Shown here in pieces: positions 52,404 through 61,252 of a stretch of DNA of 64,000 nt (position 1 is its first letter; each line of letters opens with the position of its first letter). The translations under genes and the position numbers were made by a program. The stretch spans positions 1,041 through 65,040 of the forward strand of contig QHSV01000236.1 in NCBI GenBank assembly GCA_003221655.1, in the 5' to 3' direction. The notes under the pieces were generated by a model that saw only the letters and a program-made list of their open reading frames with translations, did not search any database and was not told the DNA's origin. This DNA is from Candidatus Rokuibacteriota bacterium. GTDB lineage: Bacteria > Methylomirabilota > Methylomirabilia > Rokubacteriales > CSP1-6.

Positions 52404-55400
52404 GGGTCGCGCTCGGGCGCCCGGCCGTCCGCCGCGTGGTCCCGGTGCTGATCGGCCTCGTCGTGCTCTGGTTCGTCGCGGGCATCTTCCTGGCGCGTGC
52501 GCTCGCCGCGCGACACGACACCGCCGCCACCGCCACGCTCGCGTCCGTTCGAACGATCGTCGCGGCGGCGCTCGAGGAGGTGCGTCGCGAAGCGTCGCTC
52601 CTGGCCCAGGATCCGGCCGTCGTGGAGGGTGCGACTCGGAGCGACTGGGCCGCCCTCGTGCGCGGCGCGTGGCCGCGGATTCTGGCGCTGACGCAGGAGC
52701 GCCGCGCCGACCTGCTGCTGATCGTGGACGCGAGCGGCGCTCCGCTCGTCCAGGTGCCGGCCGCACGGCACATCGTCGCGGCGGCGGTCGCTCGACCTCC
52801 CGAGGTCGTCGCGCGCCTTGCCGTCATCGACGAGCGGCCCTACGTGCTCGGGATCGCGCCGATGCCCGCCGGTCTGGTGATCGTCGGGCGGCGCTTCGAG
52901 TCGCTCGCCGGAGCGGTCGCGCGCCTGCCATCGCGCCCTGCGCTCGTGGTGGTGGTGGGCGATCGAGCCCTCGGCTCCACGTTGCCCGGCGCGCCCCCGC
53001 TCGGCTGGGACACCGCGGTGCGGACCGGGCAGATCACGATCAGCGGGGAGCTCTGGTTCGCACGTCAGCTCGGCGAGGCGGGCGGCGGTCTCTGGGCGCT
53101 CGTCCCGGCGCGGGAGCAGCGCCGGGAGAGCAGCCAGCTCTGGTTCTGGTGGGCGGTTTCGCTGTCGGCGGCCGGCGCCACCGCCGTTGGGATCGCCGCG
53201 GTTTCTGTATCGCCCCCGGCCGGACGCGAGGCGTCCGCGGCCGGACGCGAGGCGTCCGACAACCGCCGGAGTCGGGAGCTCGAAGCGCTGCACGCGGTCG
53301 TGGTGGCGACCGGCAGCGGCGACGATCTGGCCCTCACCGCCGAGCGGACGCTCGAGGTCGTGTGCGGCCTCGCGGGGATCCCCTTCGGAGGCGTGTTCCG
53401 GTTCGACCGGGCGACCCAGACGCTCGTCCTCACCGCCCACCGTGGTCTCCTGCCCGACGACGTCGAGCGCTTGCGTGTCCGCTCGCTCGACCAGAGCCAC
53501 GTCGGCGAAGTGATCCGCAGCGGCCGGCCGGTGGTGACCGATCTCACGGCCTCCCGTGTGCTGGCGCCCGACGTCGTCGAGCGCGTGCAGGCCGGCGGCT
53601 ACCGAACGCAGCTCGGGCTGCCGATTCCGGTGAACGGCGAGACATGGGGCGTCATGGCTCTCATCACGCGAGAGGCTCGGACCTTCGATGCTGATGAGCT
53701 GACGCTGCTCCAGGCGGTCGCGCACCAGGTGGGACAGGCGGTGGCGCGCGCCGCGCTCCTGGCCGAGGGCCGGGAGAAGAGTCGTCGCCTCGAGACACTC
53801 GCGCGTCTGGCGCAGACGCTGACCGCCACGCTGTCGCTCGACGAGGTGTTCCGCCGCGTGGTCGATGCGGCGGTCGAGCTGTTCGGGTCCAGCACTGCGC
53901 AGCTCTGGCTCGTGGACGACGACGACCGCCACGTCTCGCTGCGGGCGGCCGCGGGGATCCAGTCGTCGGAAGGCGTCGAGCGCCAGCGCGTCGGCGAAGG
54001 ACTCGTCGGGATGGTCGTCGCGACCCGCGAGCCGCTGACGGCGGTCGACGCGCTTCGGGACCCGCGGGCGCGCAACGTCGAGCGGGTCCGCGCCGAAGGC
54101 GTGGTCAGCGTCGGAATCGTGCCACTTCAGCTGGGCGAACGGGTGCTGGGGGTTCTGGCCATCGGCGTACGGGCCCGGCACGAATACACCGCCGAGGAGC
54201 TGCGGCTCCTCGGTTTCCTCGCCTCGCACGCGGCGAACGCGATCAACAACGCCCAGCTCTATCGCGAATCGACCCGGCAAGCGCAGCGCATGAGCGCGCT
54301 GACCGACCTGGTGCGTCTGGTGTCCGAGACCCTCGACTTCGACCCCGCCGCGCAACGCGTCGCCGACAGCGTGTGCTCGTTGCTCGGGGCCCGGGCCTCG
54401 TGCCTCTACCGGGTCGACCCGGCCTCCGACGCTCTCGTCGCGTTCGCGACTTCGAGGGACGCCGATCAGCTCTTCCAGTGGCAGCCGGTGCTGCCGCGCG
54501 GCACCGGGATCGCCGGGCTCGCCGTCAGCCAGCGCTGTTCGGTCGCTTCGGCCGACGTGCTGGCCGATTCTCGCATCACGTACACCGACGACACACGTGC
54601 CCGTGTCGCGCAAGAGGCGCACCGCTCCCTGCTCGCCGTTCCGCTGCTGGTGCAAGGACGGATGTTTGGCGCGCTCGCCGTCAGTGATCGCGTCGGACGT
54701 GTCTTCGATGAGTCCGAGATCCGTCTCGCGCAGGCTTTCGCCGACCAGGCCGCACTGGCGCTGGAGAACGCGCGGCTCTACACGGAGGCGACGCGCCGCC
54801 GGCTCGAAGCGGAAGAGCTGGCCCGGCTGGCGCGGACGCTGACCGAGAGCCTCGATCCGCGGGCGGTCGGTGACCAGATCGCCGAGAGCGTGCTCGTGCT
54901 CTTCCGGGTGAGATCGTCCGTGCTGCGACTGCTGCAGCCCGACGGGTCGCTGGTGACCCTGGCGCGCGGGGGTCATCTTCGCGATGCCTCGCCGCTCGGG
55001 ACCGTGCTGCCCGCGGGCGTCGGGGCGTCCGGGCGAGCGGCCGTCGAGGGCCGAGCCGTGACGTCGCCCGACGTCTTCAATGACCCGTCGATCGTTCTGA
55101 GCGACGAGGTCGCGGAGACGATGCGGCGCGAAGGCGAGGGCGCGCTGCTCGCCGTGCCGCTCCGGGCGAAAGGGCGGATCATCGGCACGCTGTCGCTGGG
55201 AGACGCCTCGGGCCGGGTCTTTTCGGAGGCGGAGGTCGGGCTGCTCCAGGCCTTCGGCGACCAGGCGGCGCTCGCGCTCGAGAACGCGCACCTCTTCTCG
55301 CTCGAGACGGCCCGTCGGGGGCAGATCACAGCCCTCGCCGAGGCCGAGCGCGAGTTCGCCCGCGAGCTCGACCCCGACCGTCTTCTCACGCTGGTCGTCG

Positions 55401-57466
55401 AACGCGCCACCCGGCTCTTCGATGCCCACGGCGTCATCTACCTCGTGGACGCGGACGGCGGGCTGGCGCCGCGCGCCTGGACGCGGGACGGCGGGTTCGA
55501 GGACCTGGCGATCGCCTTCGGGCACGGCGTGGTCGGCGCCTGCGCCGAGCAGCGCCGCGGACTCATCGTCAACGATTACGCGGCGTCGCGCTTCGCCCTG
55601 CGCAAGTGGGTCGATATGGGCGTGCGCCGCGCGATGGCGTTCCCGCTCAGCGTGCAGGAACGGCTGCTCGGCGTCATCGCGATGAATCGAACCAGCCCCG
55701 CCGCCGCGCCATTTCTCGACGAGGACCTGGCGGTTCTGGAGAGCTTCGCCGCCCGCGCGGCCATCGCCCTCGAGAACGCGCGACTCTACGCGCAGAACCG
55801 GCGGCAGGTCGAGGAGCTCTCGGTGCTCTACGAGCTATCGCGGGCGGTCACCGGCCAGCTCGATCGCGCCACGCTGCTCGAGGCCATCCGGGCCCAGGTG
55901 GCCCGCATCCTCGACGCCGCCAACATGGCCATCGTGCTCCTCGACGACGAGCGGCGGGATCTCGAGGTGGTGCTCCGTACCGTGAACGGTGCGCGCGACA
56001 TGCGGACGCCCCTCCGATACCCGAGCCACGCCGTGGGACTGATGTCGGTCGTGCTCGTGACGGGCGAGGCGGTCCTGACGGAGGACTACATCGCCGAGTG
56101 TTCGCGTCGCGGCGTCGAGCCCGTGGCGACCTTCGCACACCCGCGACACTGGCTCGGCGTCCCGATGAAGGCCGGAGACACGGTGATCGGCGTTCTGACG
56201 TTGCGGAGCGCGGAGCGGGCGTTCACCGAAGCCGACGAGCGGCTGTTGACGAACATCGCCGATCTCGCCGCGCTGTCACTGCGCAACGCGCGCCTCTTCG
56301 AGGAGCGCACCCGCGCGTATGGCGAGCTGGCCGCGGCGCAGGATCAGCTCGTGCGCACGGAGAAGCTCCGCGCGCTCGGCGAGATGGCCTCGGGGGTGGC
56401 GCACGACTTCAACAACCTGCTCGCGTCGATCCTGGGACGGGCCCAGCTCACGCTCCAGCGAATTCAAGATCCGCAGCTTCGCAAGTGGATCCAGGTCATC
56501 GAGCGCGCCGCCCTGGACGGCGCGCAGACCGTCCGCCGGCTGCAGGAGTTTACGCGGATCCGCCGCGATCAGCAGCGTTTCGTCGAGGTCGACCTCAACG
56601 ACGTCGTGCGCGGCGCGCTCGAGATCACCCAGTCGCGCTGGCGGGAGGAGACGCGCAGCCGGGGCGTCGCGGTCGACGTGCAGACCTCGTTCGCGAGCCT
56701 GCCGCCGGTGGCGGGCGATCCCGCCGAGCTGCGCGAGGCGATGACCAATCTCATCCTGAACGCGGTGGACGCCATGCCGACGGGTGGCACCCTGACGCTG
56801 ACCACGGCCGTCGAGAACAACGAGGTCGTGGTGACGGTGGCCGACTCCGGCGTCGGCATCCCGGATGGCATCCGGGGCAAGATCTTCGACCCGTTCTTCA
56901 CCACGAAGGGACCGCAGGGCACCGGGCTCGGGCTCTCGATGACGTACGGGATCCTCTCCCGTCACGGCGGGCGCATCACGGTCGAGAGCCACGTCGGGCG
57001 CGGCACCGCGTTCCGCCTGACCTTCACACCTGGCGAAGCCCCCGACCTGGACGGGCTGGCCCCGGCACCCGAGCCCACCCCGCTTGGCGTCTCGCTGCGG
57101 TGCCTGGTCGTCGACGACGAAGAAGAGGTCGGTACGGTGCTCGGCGATGTCCTGACGACGGAAGGCCATCGGGTCGTGGTGCTCACCGACGGAGGCGAGG
57201 CGATCGCGCGATTCCGCGCGGAGCCCTTCGACCTGGTATTCACCGACCTGGCGATGCCGCGGGTCTCGGGCTGGCAGGTGGCGCAGTCGGTCAAGGAGAT
57301 CGCGCCTGCGGTGCCGGTCGTCCTCGTCACCGGCTTCGGCGTCGAGCTGTCAGCGGAGGAGCGCCAGATCCACGGCGTCGACCTGGTGGTGGTGAAGCCG
57401 TTGAAGATCAAAGACGTCCTGGACGTCGTTGCGCGCGTGGCCCGCCGGCGCGCTCGGCAGACCTGA
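52400..57466 (+). CDS. Hybrid sensor histidine kinase (~1688 aa). Two TM segments flank a ~280-aa extracytoplasmic domain. These are followed by about six to seven GAF domains, HisKA, HATPase_c and a C-terminal receiver domain.
   Basis: GTG overlaps the pyk stop (GTGA). Repeated GAF-like blocks. H-box EKLRALGEMASGVAHDFNNLL. G-box GTGLGLSM. Receiver LVVDDEEEV...FDLVFTDLAMP. The upstream extension of ORF 52208..57466 is rejected. Confidence 0.8.
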   Translation: MRVALGRPAVRRVVPVLIGLVVLWFVAGIFLARALAARHDTAATATLASVRTIVAAALEEVRREASLLAQDPAVVEGATRSDWAALVRGAWPRILALTQERRADLLLIVDASGAPLVQVPAARHIVAAAVARPPEVVARLAVIDERPYVLGIAPMPAGLVIVGRRFESLAGAVARLPSRPALVVVVGDRALGSTLPGAPPLGWDTAVRTGQITISGELWFARQLGEAGGGLWALVPAREQRRESSQLWFWWAVSLSAAGATAVGIAAVSVSPPAGREASAAGREASDNRRSRELEALHAVVVATGSGDDLALTAERTLEVVCGLAGIPFGGVFRFDRATQTLVLTAHRGLLPDDVERLRVRSLDQSHVGEVIRSGRPVVTDLTASRVLAPDVVERVQAGGYRTQLGLPIPVNGETWGVMALITREARTFDADELTLLQAVAHQVGQAVARAALLAEGREKSRRLETLARLAQTLTATLSLDEVFRRVVDAAVELFGSSTAQLWLVDDDDRHVSLRAAAGIQSSEGVERQRVGEGLVGMVVATREPLTAVDALRDPRARNVERVRAEGVVSVGIVPLQLGERVLGVLAIGVRARHEYTAEELRLLGFLASHAANAINNAQLYRESTRQAQRMSALTDLVRLVSETLDFDPAAQRVADSVCSLLGARASCLYRVDPASDALVAFATSRDADQLFQWQPVLPRGTGIAGLAVSQRCSVASADVLADSRITYTDDTRARVAQEAHRSLLAVPLLVQGRMFGALAVSDRVGRVFDESEIRLAQAFADQAALALENARLYTEATRRRLEAEELARLARTLTESLDPRAVGDQIAESVLVLFRVRSSVLRLLQPDGSLVTLARGGHLRDASPLGTVLPAGVGASGRAAVEGRAVTSPDVFNDPSIVLSDEVAETMRREGEGALLAVPLRAKGRIIGTLSLGDASGRVFSEAEVGLLQAFGDQAALALENAHLFSLETARRGQITALAEAEREFARELDPDRLLTLVVERATRLFDAHGVIYLVDADGGLAPRAWTRDGGFEDLAIAFGHGVVGACAEQRRGLIVNDYAASRFALRKWVDMGVRRAMAFPLSVQERLLGVIAMNRTSPAAAPFLDEDLAVLESFAARAAIALENARLYAQNRRQVEELSVLYELSRAVTGQLDRATLLEAIRAQVARILDAANMAIVLLDDERRDLEVVLRTVNGARDMRTPLRYPSHAVGLMSVVLVTGEAVLTEDYIAECSRRGVEPVATFAHPRHWLGVPMKAGDTVIGVLTLRSAERAFTEADERLLTNIADLAALSLRNARLFEERTRAYGELAAAQDQLVRTEKLRALGEMASGVAHDFNNLLASILGRAQLTLQRIQDPQLRKWIQVIERAALDGAQTVRRLQEFTRIRRDQQRFVEVDLNDVVRGALEITQSRWREETRSRGVAVDVQTSFASLPPVAGDPAELREAMTNLILNAVDAMPTGGTLTLTTAVENNEVVVTVADSGVGIPDGIRGKIFDPFFTTKGPQGTGLGLSMTYGILSRHGGRITVESHVGRGTAFRLTFTPGEAPDLDGLAPAPEPTPLGVSLRCLVVDDEEEVGTVLGDVLTTEGHRVVVLTDGGEAIARFRAEPFDLVFTDLAMPRVSGWQVAQSVKEIAPAVPVVLVTGFGVELSAEERQIHGVDLVVVKPLKIKDVLDVVARVARRRARQT

Positions 57467-57485
57467 ACGGAGGAGGACGACCGCC

Positions 57486-58274
57486 ATGGACTTCCAGTTC
57501 TTGACCCTCGAGCGCCGCGATGGGGTCGCCACGATCACGCTCAACCGCCCCGACGCGTTCAACGCGTTGAGTCTCGCCCTCGGCCGGGAGCTCTTCCACG
57601 CGGCGCTCGAGGTCGACGAGGACCCGGCGATCCGCTGCGTCGTGGTGACGGGCGCGGGTCGAGCCTTCTGCGCCGGCGGCGACGTCAAGGACTTCGTCGA
57701 CAACCTGGAGCGCATCGGCGTGCTCGTCAAGGAGCTGACGACCTATCTGCACGGGACCGTGTCCCGATTCTGTCGGAGCGACAAGCCCGTCATCATGGCG
57801 GTGAACGGCGTCGCGGCCGGCGGCGGGCTCAGCTTCGCCCTCTCCGGCGACCTCGTGGTCGCCGCCGAGTCCGCGCGGTTCACGATGGCCTACTCGAAGA
57901 TCGCCGCCACGCCCGACGGGTCGTCGTCGTACTTTCTCCCACGATTGGTCGGTCTCCGGCGCGCGATGGAGCTCTACTTCACCAACCGCGTGCTCTCGGC
58001 GCGCGAAGCCCTGGAGTGGGGGCTGGTGACCCGCGTGGTGCCCGACGCCGAGCTCGCCACGGCGGTCGCGGCGCTCGCCCGCGAGATGGCCCAGGGACCG
58101 TCGAAGGCGTTCGGCGGCGCCAAGCGGCTCTTCCACCAGTCGACGTGGGAGAGCCTCGAGACGCAGATGGAGCTCGAAGCGCAGGCGATCGCCGCGAGCG
58201 GCCACACCGAAGACTTCCGCAACGGCGTGAGCGCGTTCGCCCGCAAGCAGGCGCCGACCTTCCGCGGACGGTGA
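57486..58274 (+). CDS. Enoyl-CoA hydratase/isomerase (crotonase family).
   Basis: ATG preceded by GGAGGAGG. 262 aa. Crotonase motifs (ITLNRPDAFNAL, AVNGVAAGGG). Confidence 0.85.
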   Translation: MDFQFLTLERRDGVATITLNRPDAFNALSLALGRELFHAALEVDEDPAIRCVVVTGAGRAFCAGGDVKDFVDNLERIGVLVKELTTYLHGTVSRFCRSDKPVIMAVNGVAAGGGLSFALSGDLVVAAESARFTMAYSKIAATPDGSSSYFLPRLVGLRRAMELYFTNRVLSAREALEWGLVTRVVPDAELATAVAALAREMAQGPSKAFGGAKRLFHQSTWESLETQMELEAQAIAASGHTEDFRNGVSAFARKQAPTFRGR

Positions 58275-58297
58275 CGCTGATGCGCGCAGGAGGGGCT

Positions 58298-58558
58298 ATG
58301 CTGAACCCGACGGCCTTCGCCAACTCGCTCGCGATTCTCTCGGGCGGCTTCTACATCCTTTTCTATGTCTTGGCGGTCGTGTGGCGAGACGCGTTCCGGT
58401 TCCTGTTCAACGCGCAGTTCTTCGGAGCCGACGTCGCCGCGCTCTTGCCCCAGCAGTTGACCTATGGCGGATTCGTCGGGACCTTCGTCGTCCTGATCGT
58501 GTTCGCGTGGCTCGCCGCCTTTGGCTGGGCGTGGCTCTACAATCGGCTTGCCGCCTGA
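58298..58558 (+). CDS. Small membrane protein (86 aa, two TM segments), function unknown.
   Basis: ATG preceded by AGGAGGGG. Hydrophobic sequence ILSGGFYILFYVLAVV...FVVLIVFAWLAAFGWAWLY. Confidence 0.5.
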   Translation: MLNPTAFANSLAILSGGFYILFYVLAVVWRDAFRFLFNAQFFGADVAALLPQQLTYGGFVGTFVVLIVFAWLAAFGWAWLYNRLAA

Positions 58559-58621
58559 GGGTGTCGACGCACCCGTGGCCCTCGGGTACAATCTTGATCG
58601 CGATTCCGCGAGGAGACCCAC

Positions 58622-59401
58622 ATGACTAGTCAGGAAGCGGCTCGAGGTTCCGGAACGGTGGTCAAGCTCTTCTACCGGCCGGGTTGATCGTCCTGCGCCA
58701 AGACGAAGGAGCTCCTCTCGTCTTGGGGGGTCGAGTTCGACCCGGTCGACGTGCAGGCGAACCCGGCCGGCTACGCCGAGCTGGCGCGGCTGGGGATAGG
58801 CCGCGTGCCGGCGGTGACCGTCGGCGACCGCGCCGCGCACGGGTGGAACCCACCGGCATACGCCGCGCTGCTCGGCATCCCGTACTCGGCGGACATCAAG
58901 CTTGCCCCGACCGAGCTGGCCAAGCGGCTCGACATCATCCTCGATGCGACGCAGGGGCTCATTCGCGGCGTGCCGGATCAACACATGGACTGGCGGCCGC
59001 CGGAGCGCGATCGGACCCTGCGTAACCTCGGCTATCATGTGTTCCGGCTCTCGCTGGCATTCGTGGACGGTATGGACCTCGGCGAGTTCCCGGCGTCCTG
59101 GCTGCTGGACCAGGCGCCCGCCGATCTTCGCGACGGGCCGGCCATCGCGCGCTATGGCGCCCTCGTGCGCGGACGCATCACCGGGTGGTTCGAGGGGGCA
59201 TCGCCCCGCGAGTTCGAGCGCGTGATCAAGGTCTACTATGGCCCCCAGTCGGGCCACGCCCTGCTCGAGCGCACGACGTGGCACGCCGCGCAGCACCTGC
59301 GCCAGCTCTACGCCCTGGCCGAGCGCCTTGCGATCACGCCGCCGGGACCGATGCCGACCGACGCGTTCGTGGGACTGCCCCTTCCCGACGCTCTCTGGTG
59401 A
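58622..59401 (+). CDS. Candidate selenoprotein: glutaredoxin-like thioredoxin-fold domain (U-S-S-C, UGA at 58685-58687) fused to a DinB_2/YfiT-like metal-binding four-helix-bundle domain.
   Basis: ATG 58622 with GAGGAG 7 nt upstream. One frame reads VVKLFYRPG-TGA-SSCAKTKELLSSWGVEFDPVDVQANPAGYAELARLGIGRVPAVTVGDRAAHGWN.... The frame continues through DinB-like His motifs (QHMDW, GYHVF, TWHAAQHLRQL) to the stop at 59399-59401. 259 aa including Sec. Confidence 0.6.
58698..58726 (+). other. SECIS-like mRNA hairpin 10 nt downstream of the UGA of the Grx-DinB gene.
   Basis: Perfect 9-bp stem CCAAGACGA/UCGUCUUGG enclosing the loop AGGAGCUCCUC (contains GG). Its spacing from the UGA matches bacterial SECIS geometry. 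Confidence 0.5.
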
Positions 59402-60168
59402 CGAGGGTCGACTACGACCGGACTCTCTGGCGCGCGTATCGCGCCGGTCGTGCTCTCTCCAAGGACACCGGCCGGCTCTGGATGGACGCGATCGCCCGCT
59501 ACCTCGGTGGCACGCGCTCAGGCCTGACCGTCCTCGATCTCGGGGCCGGCACGGGGCGCTTCGCGATCCTGCTGGCCGATGCGTTCGACGCCCGCGTCGT
59601 CGCCGTCGAGCCGTCGGAGAAGATGCGCGTGGAGGCGGAGCGCTACAGCGCACACCCGCGAGTGGACCACCGCGCCGGCGCCGCGGAGACGATCCCCGCC
59701 GCCGACACCGAGTTCGATTTCGCGTTCCTGTCGATGATCATCCATCACGTCGGGGACGTCGCCGCCTGCGCGGGTGAGCTCCACCGGGTGGTCAAGCCCG
59801 GCGGGCTCGTGTTCATCCGCAACGTCTTCAGCGGGCGCCTGGACGGTGTGCCGCACTACGCGTTCTTCCCGTCGGCCCGCGCCGTCGACGAGGCGCGCCT
59901 GCCGACGCTCGAGGCAGTGCGGCAGGCCTTCGTCGCGCAGGGATTCGAGCTCACGGCCCTCGATACGCTGGTGCAGGAGATCGACCCGAGCCTCACGGCC
60001 CACTACGAGCGAATCAAGCGGCGAGCGCTGTCGACGTTCGAGTTGATCACCGACGCCGAGTTCGACGAAGGCCTCACCCGGATGCGCCACGCCGCCGCCC
60101 GCGAGACCGCGCCGACTCCAGTCCTCGAAGCCATCGACCTGCTCGTCCTCCGCCGCCGAACGACCTGA
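59398..60168 (+). CDS. Class I SAM-dependent methyltransferase (Methyltransf_11/25-like).
   Basis: GTG overlaps the upstream stop (GTGA). VLDLGAGTGRF SAM-binding motif. 256 aa. Confidence 0.75.
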   Translation: MTRVDYDRTLWRAYRAGRALSKDTGRLWMDAIARYLGGTRSGLTVLDLGAGTGRFAILLADAFDARVVAVEPSEKMRVEAERYSAHPRVDHRAGAAETIPAADTEFDFAFLSMIIHHVGDVAACAGELHRVVKPGGLVFIRNVFSGRLDGVPHYAFFPSARAVDEARLPTLEAVRQAFVAQGFELTALDTLVQEIDPSLTAHYERIKRRALSTFELITDAEFDEGLTRMRHAAARETAPTPVLEAIDLLVLRRRTT

Positions 60169-60171
60169 CCG

Positions 60172-61107
60172 CTAGTCGTCTTCAGCCCAGGCCGTCGTGA
60201 GCCGACGAGCGAGGGCGCGGTGGCCCCTGATGAAGTAGGCGAGCATGGCGCCGGTCGCGAGGAGGTTGCCGACGAAGATGGTCCACCCCGCCAGCTCGTC
60301 CAGGACCCACTTCGCCGCGATCAACACACCGCCGACGAAAAACACCTCGAACGCCGTGAAGAAGATCACCAGGGCGAAGACGAAGAGCGGCTGGCGCTCG
60401 GCGCCCGCGATCAGCGCGGCGCCGACAATTCCGAACAACGCGAACGCGATCCCGTGCACGACCGTATAAGAGATGATCGCGGCCCCGGGATCGGGTTGAC
60501 GAAGGATCGCGGCGCCCAAGAGCCGCGGTGTCCGCAGCGGCTCGCCCTGAATCCAGTCGATCGCCAGGAACCAGAGCGCGACGGCGGCGGCGCCGAGCAG
60601 GCCGGCCACGACGCCCTCGCGGAACACGCTGCCCCAGGAGCCGATCAGCGTGCGCGACAGGACGCGGTGGGCGCGGAAGAAGTACCAGAGCATCGCGAGG
60701 GAGGCGAGGAGGTTGCCGCCGAGGATCGCCCACCAGACCAGGGCGCCCAGCATCGACTTCCCGAGCGCCCCGACGATGCCGAAGACGAACACCTCGAAGC
60801 TGGCGAAGAGGATCACGAAGGCGACAAACAGCGTGGGCTCGCGCTCGCTGACGGCCATGAGGCTCGCGGCGACGACGCCGAACGCGATGAACGCCAGGCC
60901 GTGGATGATCGTGTAGCCGAGGACGTTGCCCACGGTGGGCCGAAGTCCAATCGGGTTGGTCACGCCCTGGAAGACCGCGGCGCCCAGGAGCCCCGGGGTC
61001 AGGAACGGCTGGCCGCGCCAGATGTCGAAGAGGAGGAACCAGACGGCGACGACAGCCGCGCCGATCAAGCCGGCCACGACCCCTTCCTTCAGGATCGACC
61101 GCTGCAC
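60172..61107 (-). CDS. Integral membrane protein with an internal tandem duplication (two ~150-aa homologous halves), function unknown.
   Basis: 311 aa. Both halves share EGVVAGLIGAA..WFL.FD...G.P..TP.LLGAA......HG.AF..FG.V.A.L.A..ER.P..F...VIFF..FEVF..G......L..W.I..GNLLA..AML.YF.R.HR.L.R.L. Confidence 0.55.
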   Translation of the reverse strand: MQRSILKEGVVAGLIGAAVVAVWFLLFDIWRGQPFLTPGLLGAAVFQGVTNPIGLRPTVGNVLGYTIIHGLAFIAFGVVAASLMAVSEREPTLFVAFVILFASFEVFVFGIVGALGKSMLGALVWWAILGGNLLASLAMLWYFFRAHRVLSRTLIGSWGSVFREGVVAGLLGAAAVALWFLAIDWIQGEPLRTPRLLGAAILRQPDPGAAIISYTVVHGIAFALFGIVGAALIAGAERQPLFVFALVIFFTAFEVFFVGGVLIAAKWVLDELAGWTIFVGNLLATGAMLAYFIRGHRALARRLTTAWAEDD

Positions 61108-61136
61108 GGACGGTATTGTATCGGAGCGCCTGGTTG

Positions 61137-61202
61137 TTGTAGCGGGTGCCGTGAGCCCGGCTCAGACCGAGGGTGGCCCGAGAGAGAAGCGACCCGGCTC
61201 CG
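61137..61202 (+). repeat. Copy C of the dispersed intergenic repeat family.
   Basis: ttgtagcgggtgccgtgagcccggctcagaccgagggtggcccgagagagaagcgacccggctccg, collinear with copies A and B. Confidence 0.7.
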
Positions 61203-61252
61203 ACACGCCCGGTCTACCCTGAGGCGACTTCGGCTCGGCTTCTCCTTCTCCG

